A model generated the notes under the pieces. It was not told where the DNA came from and ran no database searches. It saw only the letters and a program-made list of their open reading frames with translations. DNA of 64,000 nucleotides from Bdellovibrionales bacterium (GTDB lineage Bacteria; Bdellovibrionota; UBA1018; CAIMNF01): positions 38,099-102,098 of the forward strand of contig CANHQK010000002.1 in NCBI GenBank assembly GCA_947462765.1, given 5' to 3'. Below are positions 63,091 to 64,000 of the stretch, piece after piece. Every line of letters starts with the position of its first letter. Position 1 is the stretch's first letter. Made by a program: the position numbers and the translations under genes.

Positions 63091-64000
63091 CTACCTGCCT
63101 TTGATCTGGTGGATTCCGTAACTCTTCAGTTTGGTGTGCAGATAGGACCGGTCCATTCCGAGTTCCTGGGCCATCTTGGAAACATTCGCATTCAGGCGGC
63201 GATAATGGAGGGACAAATAGGTTTTTTCGAATTTCTCGACCGCGCGGTAAAAGTCGGGTTCTGCCAGGGGGTCACCCTCTCCGTTTGAAGTTTGAACCCG
63301 GATTTGAGTTTTGCCAGGAGTGGGAGAGGAGCCCTGCATCCGGAACTTCGGTGGTAAATCGAAAGGTGAAACCTCTTCGGACTCGCCCATGGTGTAGAGA
63401 TACAGGACCAGGTTGGAGAGCTCACGGATATTCCCCGGGAACGGATAGCGCTCGATTAAATCCAGAGTCTCAGGAAGGAATCGCAAAGGCGGACTCCCTT
63501 CTGCGTGAATCCGCGAAAAATGCTCGAGTAAGTCCGGAATGTCCTCAGGCCGTTCGCGGAGCGGGGGGAGGTCGATCTGAAGCACGTTGATTCGTTGGTA
63601 AAGATCGTCTTTGAAGGTCCCTCCGTTCACCATGCCCTGGATCTCGCGATTGGTTGCAGCGATCACGCGGAAATCCAGCTGGAGAGGTCGTGAGGATCCG
63701 ATCCTCAGGACTTCTTTCTCCTGAATCGCCCGGAGCAGCTTGTTCTGGATTTCGAGCGGCATGTTGCCCAGTTCATCGAAGTAGAGAGCTCCGCCGTCCG
63801 CTTCTTCGAAGAGTCCCGGAGTAGATTTTTCAGCCCCGGTGAATGCGCCTTTTTCGTATCCGAAAAGGATGCTCTCGGCGACCGAACTTTGGATCGTACT
63901 GGAGTCGACCGCCACGAAAGGTTCGAGTAGACCGTCTGAGAGCGTCTTGCGAAGCATTCGGGCCACGACTTCTTTGCCTGTTCCGGTTTCGCCTTGGATG
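63091..64000 (-). CDS. Sigma-54-dependent transcriptional activator (AAA+ and Fis-HTH); N-terminal part lies outside the window
   Basis: 'EKGAFTGA', 'ESELFGY'-like 'ESILFGYE', 'RVIAATN', 'FPGNIRELSNL', C-terminal 'MAQELGMDRSYLHTKLK' Fis HTH; ORF continues past 64000. Confidence 0.85.
   Translation of the reverse strand, partial: IQGETGTGKEVVARMLRKTLSDGLLEPFVAVDSSTIQSSVAESILFGYEKGAFTGAEKSTPGLFEEADGGALYFDELGNMPLEIQNKLLRAIQEKEVLRIGSSRPLQLDFRVIAATNREIQGMVNGGTFKDDLYQRINVLQIDLPPLRERPEDIPDLLEHFSRIHAEGSPPLRFLPETLDLIERYPFPGNIRELSNLVLYLYTMGESEEVSPFDLPPKFRMQGSSPTPGKTQIRVQTSNGEGDPLAEPDFYRAVEKFEKTYLSLHYRRLNANVSKMAQELGMDRSYLHTKLKSYGIHQIKGR

Overview
This is a densely coding, high-GC chromosomal window from a Gram-negative bacterium, with about 66 genes, many overlapping by 1-11 nt, and several sigma-54-type activators. 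All calls rest on motif recognition only; no database search was possible.

Housekeeping genes:
- an archaeal-type proline-tRNA ligase (proS), pyrF and an RlmB-like methyltransferase
- glmU and a UvrD-family helicase that overlap ATGA
- gatCAB, followed by an AsmA-family protein and a Ppx/GppA phosphatase
- zapA, a 5-formyl-THF cyclo-ligase and a YmdB-like phosphodiesterase
- a proline-catabolism 1-pyrroline-5-carboxylate dehydrogenase, an M32 carboxypeptidase and an oligopeptide ABC ATPase

Regulatory and envelope modules:
- an NtrY/NtrX-like two-component pair
- a putative operon encoding a CcdA-like protein, a VKOR-DsbA fusion protein, a TatD-family hydrolase and a zinc-ribbon protein
- a putative phosphate operon encoding a PiT-family transporter, a PHP-domain protein, an OmpR-type response regulator and a sensorless histidine kinase
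- an operon encoding an ArsR regulator, an outer-membrane efflux protein (OEP), an RND pump and a DUF2892 protein, with no periplasmic adaptor gene
- a lone tRNA-Ala(UGC)

Most noteworthy:
1. A putative light-response locus: a MerR-family regulator with a B12-binding domain (CarH/LitR-like, DxHxxG motif) divergent from a folE-cryptochrome-DASH operon, with a 22-bp near-perfect palindrome in the shared promoter region.
2. A Geobacter-style short (81 aa) type IV pilin translationally coupled to two secreted proteins (a possible split pilin).
3. A secreted GH16 glycoside hydrolase carrying six ~50-aa Cys/Trp/Tyr-rich tandem repeats of unknown function.
4. The ArsR-controlled OEP-RND-DUF2892 operon with tandem palindromic operators, one of them covering the Shine-Dalgarno sequence.
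5. A small protein with a Cys-Gly-Lys repeat tail.
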